A stretch of DNA of 64,000 nt from IMG/VR virus record IMGVR_UViG_3300017565_000017, positions 779-64,778 of that record; one strand, written 5' to 3'. Shown here piece after piece: positions 34,020 through 43,081 of the stretch. Position 1 is the stretch's first letter, and each line of letters begins with the position of its first letter. A model generated the notes under the pieces. That model searched no databases, had not been told where the DNA came from, and worked only from the letters and a program-made list of their open reading frames with translations. Source of the DNA: a virus. Its lineage: Duplodnaviria; Heunggongvirae; Uroviricota; Caudoviricetes. Made by a program: the position numbers and the translations under genes.

Positions 34020-34958
34020 ATGCTCTTAAAGAAAACCCCTTCCCAGAATAAGAAAGTGGCGGACCGCCTCCTTAAGAAAGTCGAAGATTTGAAAAATATT
34101 AAGGATGTGGTTGAAGATTATGACGAGCCGGACTACCCGGACGAGAAGCCTGCCCGTAAAGTTAAGAAAACCCCGGCTGTTGATATTATCGAAGCAGAAG
34201 AGGTTGAAGTCGAAGACACAGATGACAATCCACTGTTAGCAGCTCCCAGAGGCCGTGGTCGGCCTCGGATCAACGCCGAAGAGACTGTGCAGCAACGCAG
34301 GGCGCGTGAACGCCGGGAGCGTCAGGCTGCCAGAGAGGGTTTGAAGGCTTCCGAATTGGCGGTATCTAGCAAGACCCGCGATCTTATGAACGAAGCAGAC
34401 GACCTAATTGACGATCCGGGTACGGATTTGGTTGTACGCCCCGAGAACGCTCCGATCTCAAAACTCGGAGTTCGTGGTCAGCGCACGATTATCGGTCGGT
34501 CCGCCGAAGAGATTCACCAACTTATCGAGAGCGGTCATACTGATGCAGCTACGACGCTTATCTACAAGCGAATGTTGCAATCCGTAGTTGACACGCTGCC
34601 TTACATGGAAATGGTCATTCGTAAATCGAAAGGCCAGAAAGGCGCTTACGCCTACAACTCCATGGTGAGTAGTGTGCGCGAGCTCATGACCGATATCCAG
34701 CAAAGCCAGGATCGAGGTCGTCAGGGTGAGTTGCTTGTTGAGCGCTTTATCCTGCCAGTATTTCTAGACATTGGTATGGCTATGATGCAGGAGTTTGACC
34801 TTATTGCTCAAAGTCTGCGCCGAGACCCTAATGTTACGGACGTTCAGACCAAGGAGTACGATAAGCTCTTCCATGAGTGTCAAGTGCGATTTGGTCAGCA
34901 ACTGCAAGCGAAGCTCAAAGAAGTTCGTGAGCAGTGCCGCAAATTCCTCCAAAGGTGA
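34020..34958 (+). CDS. AT-hook-containing helical protein; candidate terminase small subunit
   Basis: PRGRGRPR AT-hook; charged N-terminus; directly upstream of the portal; function is inference. Confidence 0.45.
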   Translation: MLLKKTPSQNKKVADRLLKKVEDLKNIKDVVEDYDEPDYPDEKPARKVKKTPAVDIIEAEEVEVEDTDDNPLLAAPRGRGRPRINAEETVQQRRARERRERQAAREGLKASELAVSSKTRDLMNEADDLIDDPGTDLVVRPENAPISKLGVRGQRTIIGRSAEEIHQLIESGHTDAATTLIYKRMLQSVVDTLPYMEMVIRKSKGQKGAYAYNSMVSSVRELMTDIQQSQDRGRQGELLVERFILPVFLDIGMAMMQEFDLIAQSLRRDPNVTDVQTKEYDKLFHECQVRFGQQLQAKLKEVREQCRKFLQR

Positions 34959-34964
34959 TTCGTT

Positions 34965-36956
34965 ATGTTTAGCTCTAATAAGATTTTGGGTGTCGCCGGG
35001 GGACAGCTCCAACTAGCACGCCCGACAGATATCAATACACGACCTGTAGCTCACGACTTCGTTCGCAACAATGACCACGCTGTAGCTTCGGTTATGCGCA
35101 GTGGCAAGGGTACTCGCGTTGAGGGTGCGATTGCCACGGGTATGGCCGGTTCCGTCAACCTGAGCGTGAACACAGCATGGCCTGCTGAGTACCAGTATTA
35201 CCTGACGGGTATTCTGGCAGGCGCAGACCCCATGGTTACGGATGCTAGTTCGCTGGCTCTGTTCTACCGGGATATGTACTTGCTGGACCACACTGCCGGT
35301 TCCGCGGTTGACATACAGTCTAGTTTTCCATTCTCTTCATTCCAGTTGCGCGGCCTCGACGAGCATGAGCTTAAGCCATTTCGTGAAGCGGTCGAGCGGC
35401 TGGATATTGAACGTTTGATGCCAGAAATTAGTAATTCGTATCTAGTAGACGGTTACTTCTGCGGCTCCCTGATTTTCGATGCGCGCACTCGCCAGTTCAT
35501 GGACGTTATGATCCATGATGCGCTTAATTGCACGGTCAAGCGTAGTCCATTTCATAACGTTGACCCTGAGATTGCAGTTAACGTGAATACGTCTATGTCT
35601 GACTTTTTCACGAGTGACAGTAAATACTATCAGCGTTATTTGGAGAGTCTACCGCCCGCTTTTCTGAGCTTGCTGGAGGACGGTCGATTCACTCTGGATC
35701 CCGTTGCCACTCTGTTTGTGGCTCGCAAGACTTTGTCAGACCGCTCTTATGTGAGTTATCTGCATCGTTGCTTGCCTATGTATCTCATTGAGAAGACCAT
35801 GTATCGTGGTACTCTCACTGAAGCACATCGCCGCCAACGTGCTATGACTCACATCACGGCAGGCGACGAGAATTGGGTTCCTAACACGGCAGAGCTTGCT
35901 CAACTGGTTGCTCAGTTCCAGGCTGCAGAGTTTGACCCGCTGGGTGGCTGGATTACTACTCGTAATGCTGTTCAGGCCACTGATATCCGCCCCGGTGGTG
36001 ACTTCTGGACCTGGATGGAGGTTGTGGAACAGCTCACTTCGTATAAGCTGAGAGCCCTTGGTATTAGCGAATCGTTCTTGTCGGGGGATGCCAGCTATGC
36101 GTCAGCCGAGTCTGCGTATTCGAGTTTTCTCGAGACCCAAAATGCGTACCGTCGCATGCTTACGGATCAAGTGTTTTATCGGAAGATATTCCCTCTTGTG
36201 GCAGTGGTCAATGGCATGTACAAGAATCCGAATGGTATTCGCGCTAACGACAGCGTGATTGATTTCTTGTTCAACGCTAATGCCCGTGCCAACCTGAAGA
36301 TTCCTGAAGTGCATTGGGACAAGCAGCTCCAGACCAACCGCGAGGAAGGTATGATGGACATGCTAGACCAGCTAGATCAACGCAACGTGCCGATTCCAAT
36401 CAAGGCTTGGGCTGCGGCTGCGGGCATTGACCTAGAATCCCTCATTCGTGATCTACGGGAAGACACAAAACTGCGTCGCCGTCTGGCGGAGGCCACTGGT
36501 AAGGACACTGGCTACGAATCTGAATTGGGTCATGGAAACGGCGGGGGCTGGAATACCGAAGGCACCCCTCCGAGTGACGCTAACCTGAAGCCATTCCGGT
36601 ACGACAGTCAAGATCAGGAAAGTGTGGAATCCATGACTCGCCGCACCCGACTGCCGTTCTTGTCGTTAACTGCGGGCGGCTCCCGTCGCCGTAACCTACT
36701 TACTAGAGACTTTGACGAGGCTGAAGGTCTTATCTGGGTTCCGAATAAGAGTGGTTCCGGACGTCACCACGTTACGGATCAGGTCAAGGCTCGCAAGCGT
36801 AGTAACGATCAGATCCTAAAAGCCAACCGTGCCATGCAAGATCCTAACTACCGCGAATCCGTTCGTCGCCGTAACCTACAAGTTAGGGGCACGGATGTAA
36901 TCCCTGGAGCTTCTGCTCTCAAGGATCCGCGTAAGAAGGGCCGTGGCTTTTTCTAA
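34965..36956 (+). CDS. Probable portal protein (663 aa)
   Basis: Size; helical core; RRQRAMTHITAG..KLRALGISESFLSG..YASAE segment resembling T4-type portal clip/stem. Confidence 0.6.
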   Translation: MFSSNKILGVAGGQLQLARPTDINTRPVAHDFVRNNDHAVASVMRSGKGTRVEGAIATGMAGSVNLSVNTAWPAEYQYYLTGILAGADPMVTDASSLALFYRDMYLLDHTAGSAVDIQSSFPFSSFQLRGLDEHELKPFREAVERLDIERLMPEISNSYLVDGYFCGSLIFDARTRQFMDVMIHDALNCTVKRSPFHNVDPEIAVNVNTSMSDFFTSDSKYYQRYLESLPPAFLSLLEDGRFTLDPVATLFVARKTLSDRSYVSYLHRCLPMYLIEKTMYRGTLTEAHRRQRAMTHITAGDENWVPNTAELAQLVAQFQAAEFDPLGGWITTRNAVQATDIRPGGDFWTWMEVVEQLTSYKLRALGISESFLSGDASYASAESAYSSFLETQNAYRRMLTDQVFYRKIFPLVAVVNGMYKNPNGIRANDSVIDFLFNANARANLKIPEVHWDKQLQTNREEGMMDMLDQLDQRNVPIPIKAWAAAAGIDLESLIRDLREDTKLRRRLAEATGKDTGYESELGHGNGGGWNTEGTPPSDANLKPFRYDSQDQESVESMTRRTRLPFLSLTAGGSRRRNLLTRDFDEAEGLIWVPNKSGSGRHHVTDQVKARKRSNDQILKANRAMQDPNYRESVRRRNLQVRGTDVIPGASALKDPRKKGRGFF

Positions 36957-36967
36957 AGAGGTTTTCA

Positions 36968-37420
36968 ATGGATGCTACTGAATACTGCGTCATTGGTTTT
37001 CTATGGGATGATTACACCCCACAAGTAGAAGCCCAATTGGCGAAGGACCTCATCGCTCTAAACAAAGCCGTTACCCGCTGGCCGGGTAACGCTATGCTGG
37101 TGCGGGCTGGTCCAGAAGCCCACCGACTCATAGCTTCGCTAGATTTGCAGATTGCCTCTAATGACGAGCAAGCTAAAATCTGGCGCACATACAGCACTAT
37201 GGGACGACGCCTACGCGCTCCAGATTGGGCCACGACTGTTGTTAGTTGTGACTTGACGGTGCGCCAGTCTGATTCCAATCGCCTAGAGCGCGGCCCTCAC
37301 AGCTCGTATGGCTTGAAGGAATTTGGACGTATGAACGGGTACGACCCATTCCGTCGCCGTCCACCTTCTACTAAATGGGCAACTACTGACCCTCTGGTTA
37401 CTATGATCTGGGGCGGGTAA
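36968..37420 (+). CDS. Hypothetical protein (150 aa)
   Basis: GAGG SD; operonic packing. Confidence 0.65.
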   Translation: MDATEYCVIGFLWDDYTPQVEAQLAKDLIALNKAVTRWPGNAMLVRAGPEAHRLIASLDLQIASNDEQAKIWRTYSTMGRRLRAPDWATTVVSCDLTVRQSDSNRLERGPHSSYGLKEFGRMNGYDPFRRRPPSTKWATTDPLVTMIWGG

Positions 37421-37444
37421 CACTAATTAGGACAGGAGTCTTAG

Positions 37445-39859
37445 ATGCAAGTCCAAATTACCAATTTAGGCGTAGCCGCACTGACCGCTGGTGGTGGGGC
37501 TCCTGTCCAGCTGACCGCATGTAAGTTTGGTTCAGCATTCGGCTATATACCAGCACTAACTGACACTAACATCCACGGAACGGAACTGTTTGAGGTTGCC
37601 CCATCCGACCCTGTTGCGGTTAACGGCAATACGGTTCAGTACTCTGCATATCTAGACTACAGTGTCGGCGACTTCGATTGGGGTGAATTTGGCCTCTTCA
37701 TGCAGAATGGCGACTTGTTTGCTCTTGGTACGGGTGACGCACTCATTGCCAAAATCAAGCAGACCAGTCTGTTGACAGGTAACTCCATTCGTTTGGATGT
37801 GTACCTGAACATGGTCGGAACCAACTACGAAATGTGGCTGGATCTGGCGAACACGAACAATAACTTCCGTATTGCTACGATCCAGAGTATCGACTACCTG
37901 CCGTCCTCTGCCAACGCGGTCCCTAACGTTTACATTGTTCAGTCTGCTGAGGCTACTCAGACGTCTTTCCAGGCTTACACGGACCGCCAAGGTCTGTGGA
38001 ATTTCGACGCCTACGCCTATTCGACTACTGCCGCACTGCCTCTGACTGTGGTCTCGGCAACTAATACTTCGGTCGATATCGCCCTAGGCAGTTACGACCC
38101 TAGCATGGCCCCCACTTATCTGGGTCAGCGAATCATCCAGTTCAATTCCGGCAACCTGTATAGCATCTGCCGCAATGTTTTGTCGATTGTTCCTAGCGGA
38201 AGTACTGCTACGATCAACTTCGCCACGCCTCTGGCGATTGTTCCAGTTGTTGGAAGCACGTTCTTCTATTACAATCGTGATCCATTTACGACGACCAATG
38301 TTTCTGTACCTCCTGCGACTACCACGTCTCTAGGTCTAGTGCAGATAGGCGCAGGTATTGACGTTACTCCGGCCGGTATAATCTCGGTTGACCGTGACAC
38401 TATTCCTGACGGAGTTGTGTTTTCTGTCAATACTTTCCAGGGGGACGTTGTACTGACTGCTGCGGACATCCCGGGAACGGTTCGTAGCGTTAACGGTGTA
38501 TCGCCTGACGGCTCTGGTAATGTCACTATCGCTACCGGATATACTCTACCTGTAGCTTCCTTGACTACTCTGGGTGGAGTCAAAGCCAGCGCCACGATTA
38601 CGGTTGCTGCTGATGGTACTATGGGTCTTGGATTTACTCCGGTGACTTCAGTCAACGGTCAATCTGGTGACGTTACGATTGTTGGTCTTATTGATCCTAC
38701 TGCTATTGCCAATGGTACAGATCTAAATACCCTGACGACAGCCGGTCTGTATTTTGCTGCGACAGATGCCATTGCGATTTCTGTCGGAAATGGTCCTAAT
38801 CTGCCATCCGGTACTCGCCTCAGTGCAACTTTGGAAGTTATCCCGCTGACTGCCCTCGGTAGTGGTGGTGATGTTATGCAACGTTGGATGCAGCACGGGT
38901 ACATGGCAGAGCGTCGTTTGACCGGAGCTTCCTGGTCCACGTGGTCCGCTGTAGGTGCTTCCACTATACAGGTAGCCTCTAAGACGCAGCTCGGTGTCAT
39001 GCAAGTTGGTGACGGTCTTAACGTGGTTGGCGGATTGGTCAGCACTCAGATTCAGGCAGTCAACGGCAAGAGTGATCAATTTATCACTCTGACTGCCGAA
39101 GACGTGGGCGCTATTCCTATGGACCAACTTGGTGTCCAGGCCGGTGCTGCTGAATTGAATTTAGATCCAAATCCCCCAGTAATATCGGATCCACCGACTG
39201 CTGCGGATAACAATGCACTAGCTTTGTCCGACTATCTATACCGTAGACTGCTCGCGAATGAAAGCGAACCCGGAACTTGGGTAAGTCGTGCGTCTTGGAA
39301 TGCGTCTACCAACACGGCGGTGTATACGACCTCTAAGCCCTCGGCTCCGCCTGATCCTCCGGTGGTGACTACCCACACGGTAACTCTTCAGAGCGGTGGT
39401 CTAATGACTGACTCTACTGATGACGTTCCGCCTGTGACCTTTCAAGCTTCAGGTTCTGGTCTGGTGTTTGTGGTATCTGTTGCCGGTTCCACGGTAATCG
39501 ATGGTATTGGTCAATGGAATGTGGGTGATTTAGTTGTTGGTGTGAACAACGTCTGGCGACGCATTCCTGCATCTATTGCCCCAGACATTACCCCGACAAT
39601 CAGCACTGCTTCACTGACTGCCGCAAGTCTACTGTCTGGTGTGTTTTATTACTATACGGGTCCCACGACTTCGTTGGCAATGACTACCGGCTTGGGAGTT
39701 CAGGAGTTTACTATCTATACTACGACGAATGCGGTAACTCTTACTGGCGCTGTCGTGGCAACCGGTTCCGGAGGTCTAATTATTCCTGGTGGGTGTGTTG
39801 CATCTGTCAAGAAGCTGCCTACCGGAAATTATCTAATTTTCGGTGATACTTCTACATGA
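37445..39859 (+). CDS. Baseplate-proximal tail fibre protein (804 aa)
   Basis: N-terminal ITNLGVAAL..KFGS (P2 gpH/DUF3751-like); SVNG..G.V.L and AS.TTLG.VK fibre repeats. Confidence 0.75.
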   Translation: MQVQITNLGVAALTAGGGAPVQLTACKFGSAFGYIPALTDTNIHGTELFEVAPSDPVAVNGNTVQYSAYLDYSVGDFDWGEFGLFMQNGDLFALGTGDALIAKIKQTSLLTGNSIRLDVYLNMVGTNYEMWLDLANTNNNFRIATIQSIDYLPSSANAVPNVYIVQSAEATQTSFQAYTDRQGLWNFDAYAYSTTAALPLTVVSATNTSVDIALGSYDPSMAPTYLGQRIIQFNSGNLYSICRNVLSIVPSGSTATINFATPLAIVPVVGSTFFYYNRDPFTTTNVSVPPATTTSLGLVQIGAGIDVTPAGIISVDRDTIPDGVVFSVNTFQGDVVLTAADIPGTVRSVNGVSPDGSGNVTIATGYTLPVASLTTLGGVKASATITVAADGTMGLGFTPVTSVNGQSGDVTIVGLIDPTAIANGTDLNTLTTAGLYFAATDAIAISVGNGPNLPSGTRLSATLEVIPLTALGSGGDVMQRWMQHGYMAERRLTGASWSTWSAVGASTIQVASKTQLGVMQVGDGLNVVGGLVSTQIQAVNGKSDQFITLTAEDVGAIPMDQLGVQAGAAELNLDPNPPVISDPPTAADNNALALSDYLYRRLLANESEPGTWVSRASWNASTNTAVYTTSKPSAPPDPPVVTTHTVTLQSGGLMTDSTDDVPPVTFQASGSGLVFVVSVAGSTVIDGIGQWNVGDLVVGVNNVWRRIPASIAPDITPTISTASLTAASLLSGVFYYYTGPTTSLAMTTGLGVQEFTIYTTTNAVTLTGAVVATGSGGLIIPGGCVASVKKLPTGNYLIFGDTST

Positions 39860-40590
39860 GACCTATACTCCAAGCTATTGAAAGTATCGTACCTCGTGAG
39901 AAACCCGCGAAACCTCAGGAATCGCGGGTCGTCCCATGCGATCCGGCTACTTCTTGGGGACCCGGCTATAACCAGGCTAGGGTCTGCACTTTCAACTATG
40001 GGCTACCATTCCAGTGGGAATGCACTGATTGGGTGACTGTCGGAGGCTCCTGCAGTCCGATACCTCCTCGGCCTTCAGAGGCGCAGTATGTTCCATGCCC
40101 GCCTGGATCTTCTGGATTCACTGGTCAGTATCAGACCCGATCATGTACCTTTAACTACTCCACCGGTGTTTGGAATTGTACAGGTTGGGTGACTCAATCC
40201 TCGGACTGCATACCTAACTACGTGGACGTGACGTTTGCATTCCCAACTGCATCTTATACCTCGACTGGGGAGCCTGGATTTAATGTAAGCACTCAATACG
40301 GCCCCTACACCAGTACCCAGTCCTATAACGGATTCAACTACACGTGTCAGTTAGTCTCTACATACAAACGTGTCGGCTCTTCCGGTCCAGTAGCTTTGAC
40401 CTTTTTGGCTACGTTCTCGACGAACGGGCCGGTTGCTCTACCTGGAAAGCTCCTGCATGTGACTCCAGTTGGATCTCCAGTGGCCTTTGTGGACTGGGAC
40501 GTAGACTCAAGTAACCAGAGATTATGGAGTGAGTCTGACAGTAATCAGCCCTCGGGGTCTGTCTCATTTTCTATTAGGATGTACGGATGA
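39856..40590 (+). CDS. Cys-rich virion protein with two C-P-x-G..Q-x-R-x-C..W-x-C-x-x-W repeats
   Basis: ATGA coupling; paralogue of the 40587 protein. Confidence 0.7.
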   Translation: MRPILQAIESIVPREKPAKPQESRVVPCDPATSWGPGYNQARVCTFNYGLPFQWECTDWVTVGGSCSPIPPRPSEAQYVPCPPGSSGFTGQYQTRSCTFNYSTGVWNCTGWVTQSSDCIPNYVDVTFAFPTASYTSTGEPGFNVSTQYGPYTSTQSYNGFNYTCQLVSTYKRVGSSGPVALTFLATFSTNGPVALPGKLLHVTPVGSPVAFVDWDVDSSNQRLWSESDSNQPSGSVSFSIRMYG

Positions 40591-41159
40591 GACCCATTAT
40601 CCAAGCCGTGGCGGCCATAAACCCTCGGACGAAACCTCCACAAGTAACTACTCAAGTAGTTGCGTGTCCGGTGGGTATGATTGGCACCGGCGACCACCAG
40701 CAGCGATCTGTGACAGGCTTCAATTATGGGCTTCCGTTCACCTGGGAATATGGTCCTTGGGAATCTGTGAACTATGATTGTCAAGTGCCAATATATACAT
40801 TCACAACTCCTCTACAGGAGTTCGACCCTCCGCTCAGTGGAGGTGGTATGTCGGAAGGTCAGGAACAGACTTATGGTCCAGTGAATGCCTCAAGTGGTCC
40901 ATACACCATCACCCTAACGTACCACGTATACGTGACTGGAACGGAAGCCGAGGCCAACTTGGAGCGAGTATCCAATCTGACTATAGTCATATCACCAATT
41001 CCAAGTGGTACGTACAATATTGTATGGGACCGAGATTACGCAACCTTTCCAGATAAGGCGGTAGATCCTTCTGGGACAACTACTTGGCTTGCTGTTCCAA
41101 ACGATGAATGGACAGCTAACGACTCTCAATTTACGGTGACCTTAACTGTGAACGTGTAA
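40587..41159 (+). CDS. Paralogous Cys-repeat virion protein (one repeat, different C-terminal domain)
   Basis: MRPIIQA vs MRPILQA; FNYGLPF.W shared. Confidence 0.7.
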   Translation: MRPIIQAVAAINPRTKPPQVTTQVVACPVGMIGTGDHQQRSVTGFNYGLPFTWEYGPWESVNYDCQVPIYTFTTPLQEFDPPLSGGGMSEGQEQTYGPVNASSGPYTITLTYHVYVTGTEAEANLERVSNLTIVISPIPSGTYNIVWDRDYATFPDKAVDPSGTTTWLAVPNDEWTANDSQFTVTLTVNV

Positions 41160-41175
41160 TTCTTAGAGGTGTACG

Positions 41176-41385
41176 ATGGAAAAGTATCAAGGGTTTCTGA
41201 TCATTGCATTGGGTTTCACTGTAGTCGTGGCAGTCTTTACGATTGTTTCCCTTTTACTTTTCCGCAGTAATGCCACCATCAGCCCTGACCTACTCGGGGC
41301 CATTGTTGGATATTTATTCGCCGATCTGAAGATAGTCCTGGCCTATGTCTTCTATAGGGCGAATTCAGCGCCGGGCGATTCCTAA
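41176..41385 (+). CDS. Small 2-TM membrane protein (holin/antiholin-like)
   Basis: GAGG SD; two hydrophobic helices; next to the holin. Confidence 0.6.
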   Translation: MEKYQGFLIIALGFTVVVAVFTIVSLLLFRSNATISPDLLGAIVGYLFADLKIVLAYVFYRANSAPGDS

Positions 41386-41461
41386 AGCTGAGCAATTTTA
41401 TCCATACGAGAGGAGCGTGCCTTCCTGGACTCCTCCAGAGTTTCACATAAAAGGGCCAAAA

Positions 41462-41800
41462 ATGGATAAAGACCCATTTGGATACCCGATTTCCACATAT
41501 TTGACGGTAGTAGCTGTAGCCTCAGTCGCAGCAGCGATACGTTACCTCAATAACATGACACGATTTTCCGTGGGTCGGTTGGTAATTGATGCTTTGTCTG
41601 GTGGCTTTACTGGGCTCTTGACCTTTTGGCTCTGTGAGAGCTCAAACATAACAGGCCCGCTCAGCGGATTTTTGATTGGCGTTTCCGGATTGATGGGTTC
41701 GAAGGCTTGGCAGGAATTTGCTAATGTCTTGCGCTCCAAGATAGGGGTTCCTGTAGAGCCTACACGACCCTCTCCTCCACAAGACGAGGAGTCGAAATGA
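41462..41800 (+). CDS. Holin, LydA-like (start moved to ATG 41462)
   Basis: DP..Y..TY..V..A..IRYL..F....ID...GGFTGLLTFWLC..L.G..IGVSG.MGS; 3 TM helices; charged tail. Confidence 0.8.
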   Translation: MDKDPFGYPISTYLTVVAVASVAAAIRYLNNMTRFSVGRLVIDALSGGFTGLLTFWLCESSNITGPLSGFLIGVSGLMGSKAWQEFANVLRSKIGVPVEPTRPSPPQDEESK

Positions 41801-42303
41801 ACGTAACGGGCTTACTACATCACGCACTAGTTCGAATCATCGGCCACTCTGCGGCCGACTCAGTCTCAGCCGTATGCGGCGCACTGTGGACTGTGACTTG
41901 TATGGTTGGAGTTCCCGCCATCTTTATCATGGGTGGCGCGCTTTTTGTAGAGAGCCCGACTGTAACAGAGTTTAAATCCCCCGCCAATCAGTTGGCAACC
42001 ATGTCGGTGACCCCAGCGGCCCCCGTATATGTCACCTCACCCGTTACTCTAGGTCCCAACATCACGAAAGCGCTGTACACAGCGTACATCGTAGATCACA
42101 AAGGGGAGATTATCTACAGATATCCCTCCATGTACGTGGACACTATAGGCGGCAGAATAGAGGCAGGGGATTTATCCTTCAAAGTTCCGAGCACCATCGA
42201 ACCAGGATCTTACTTTTTGAGGGCAGACATTGTTTACCCTATTAACGCGGTTAAGAACGGCGATCTTAAGATGGAGCTCGCGAGACTTATCATCAAGGAG
42301 TGA
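41797..42303 (+). CDS. N-terminally membrane-anchored periplasmic beta protein in the lysis cassette
   Basis: ATGA coupling; TM LWTVTCMVGVPAIFIMGGALFV. Confidence 0.6.
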   Translation: MNVTGLLHHALVRIIGHSAADSVSAVCGALWTVTCMVGVPAIFIMGGALFVESPTVTEFKSPANQLATMSVTPAAPVYVTSPVTLGPNITKALYTAYIVDHKGEIIYRYPSMYVDTIGGRIEAGDLSFKVPSTIEPGSYFLRADIVYPINAVKNGDLKMELARLIIKE

Positions 42304-42307
42304 TCCC

Positions 42308-43000
42308 ATGATTAAGGTTACGGCAGACCAAATTTTGAAATTTAGTTCCAAGCTGACGGCTGCACAAGGATCTGCTATAGCAGATGCGGCCAATACCGCT
42401 ATGGAGAAATACGGAATTAACTCCACTGCCTTGCGAGTCCGCCATTTCATGGCCCAGGCTGCATCCGAGACGCAGGGATTTACTAAGTGGGAAGAAGTAT
42501 TGGTCTATAGCTATCCGGACCGCCTGCCTGTCGTGTGGCCGACTCGATTCTACTTTAAAGGTAAAGATCGAAACGGCAAATACGTCGATATAGGTCGGGG
42601 TCCGCGCAATGCGGTAGACTACGCTGGAAAGCCTGAGAAACTAGCTAATGCAGTTTACGGTGGTCGTGAAGGGAACGGTGATGAAGCTTCAGGTGATGGT
42701 TGGAAGTTTCGCGGTCGCGGGGGCAACCACCTGACGTTCCGCAATAATTACACCCAGGCGTCTAAGGATATCTATGGAAATACAAAGCTCGTAGACGACC
42801 CCGACTTAGTAGCTCAGTATCCCGACGGCATGTTGACTGCTGCATGGTATTGGTCTGTCAACAAGATTTTACCGCTCGCCGATAAGGATGACTTCTCGGC
42901 GGTGACTAAAGCAATAAACCGCCCATCCGATGCTGATCTCCCGAGGGTTGTGGCCGAGCGTAAATCCTGGATGGACATTGCGAAGGCCGTTTTCGTGTGA
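42308..43000 (+). CDS. Endolysin, glycoside hydrolase family 19 (start moved to ATG 42308)
   Basis: HFMAQAASET..E; NAVYGGREGNGDE.SGDGWKFRGRG..LTFRNNY; DPDLV..AAWYW; VTKAIN. Confidence 0.92.
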   Translation: MIKVTADQILKFSSKLTAAQGSAIADAANTAMEKYGINSTALRVRHFMAQAASETQGFTKWEEVLVYSYPDRLPVVWPTRFYFKGKDRNGKYVDIGRGPRNAVDYAGKPEKLANAVYGGREGNGDEASGDGWKFRGRGGNHLTFRNNYTQASKDIYGNTKLVDDPDLVAQYPDGMLTAAWYWSVNKILPLADKDDFSAVTKAINRPSDADLPRVVAERKSWMDIAKAVFV

Positions 43001-43009
43001 GGACAGACT

Positions 43010-43040
43010 AGGTGTGGGTCTTTCGGGACTCACACCTTTT
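43010..43040 (+). terminator. Intrinsic terminator after the endolysin
   Basis: AGGTGTGGGTC-TTTCGG-GACTCACACCT-TTT. Confidence 0.75.
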
Positions 43041-43081
43041 GATCATTTAAAGAGTCCAAAACTTCAGTGAAGGTGCCTAGA

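Noticed and set aside
29693-41446. Isolated parS half-sites GTTTCAC (29693, 41213, 41440)
   Set aside because: 7-mers without the palindromic partner are expected by chance in 64 kb.
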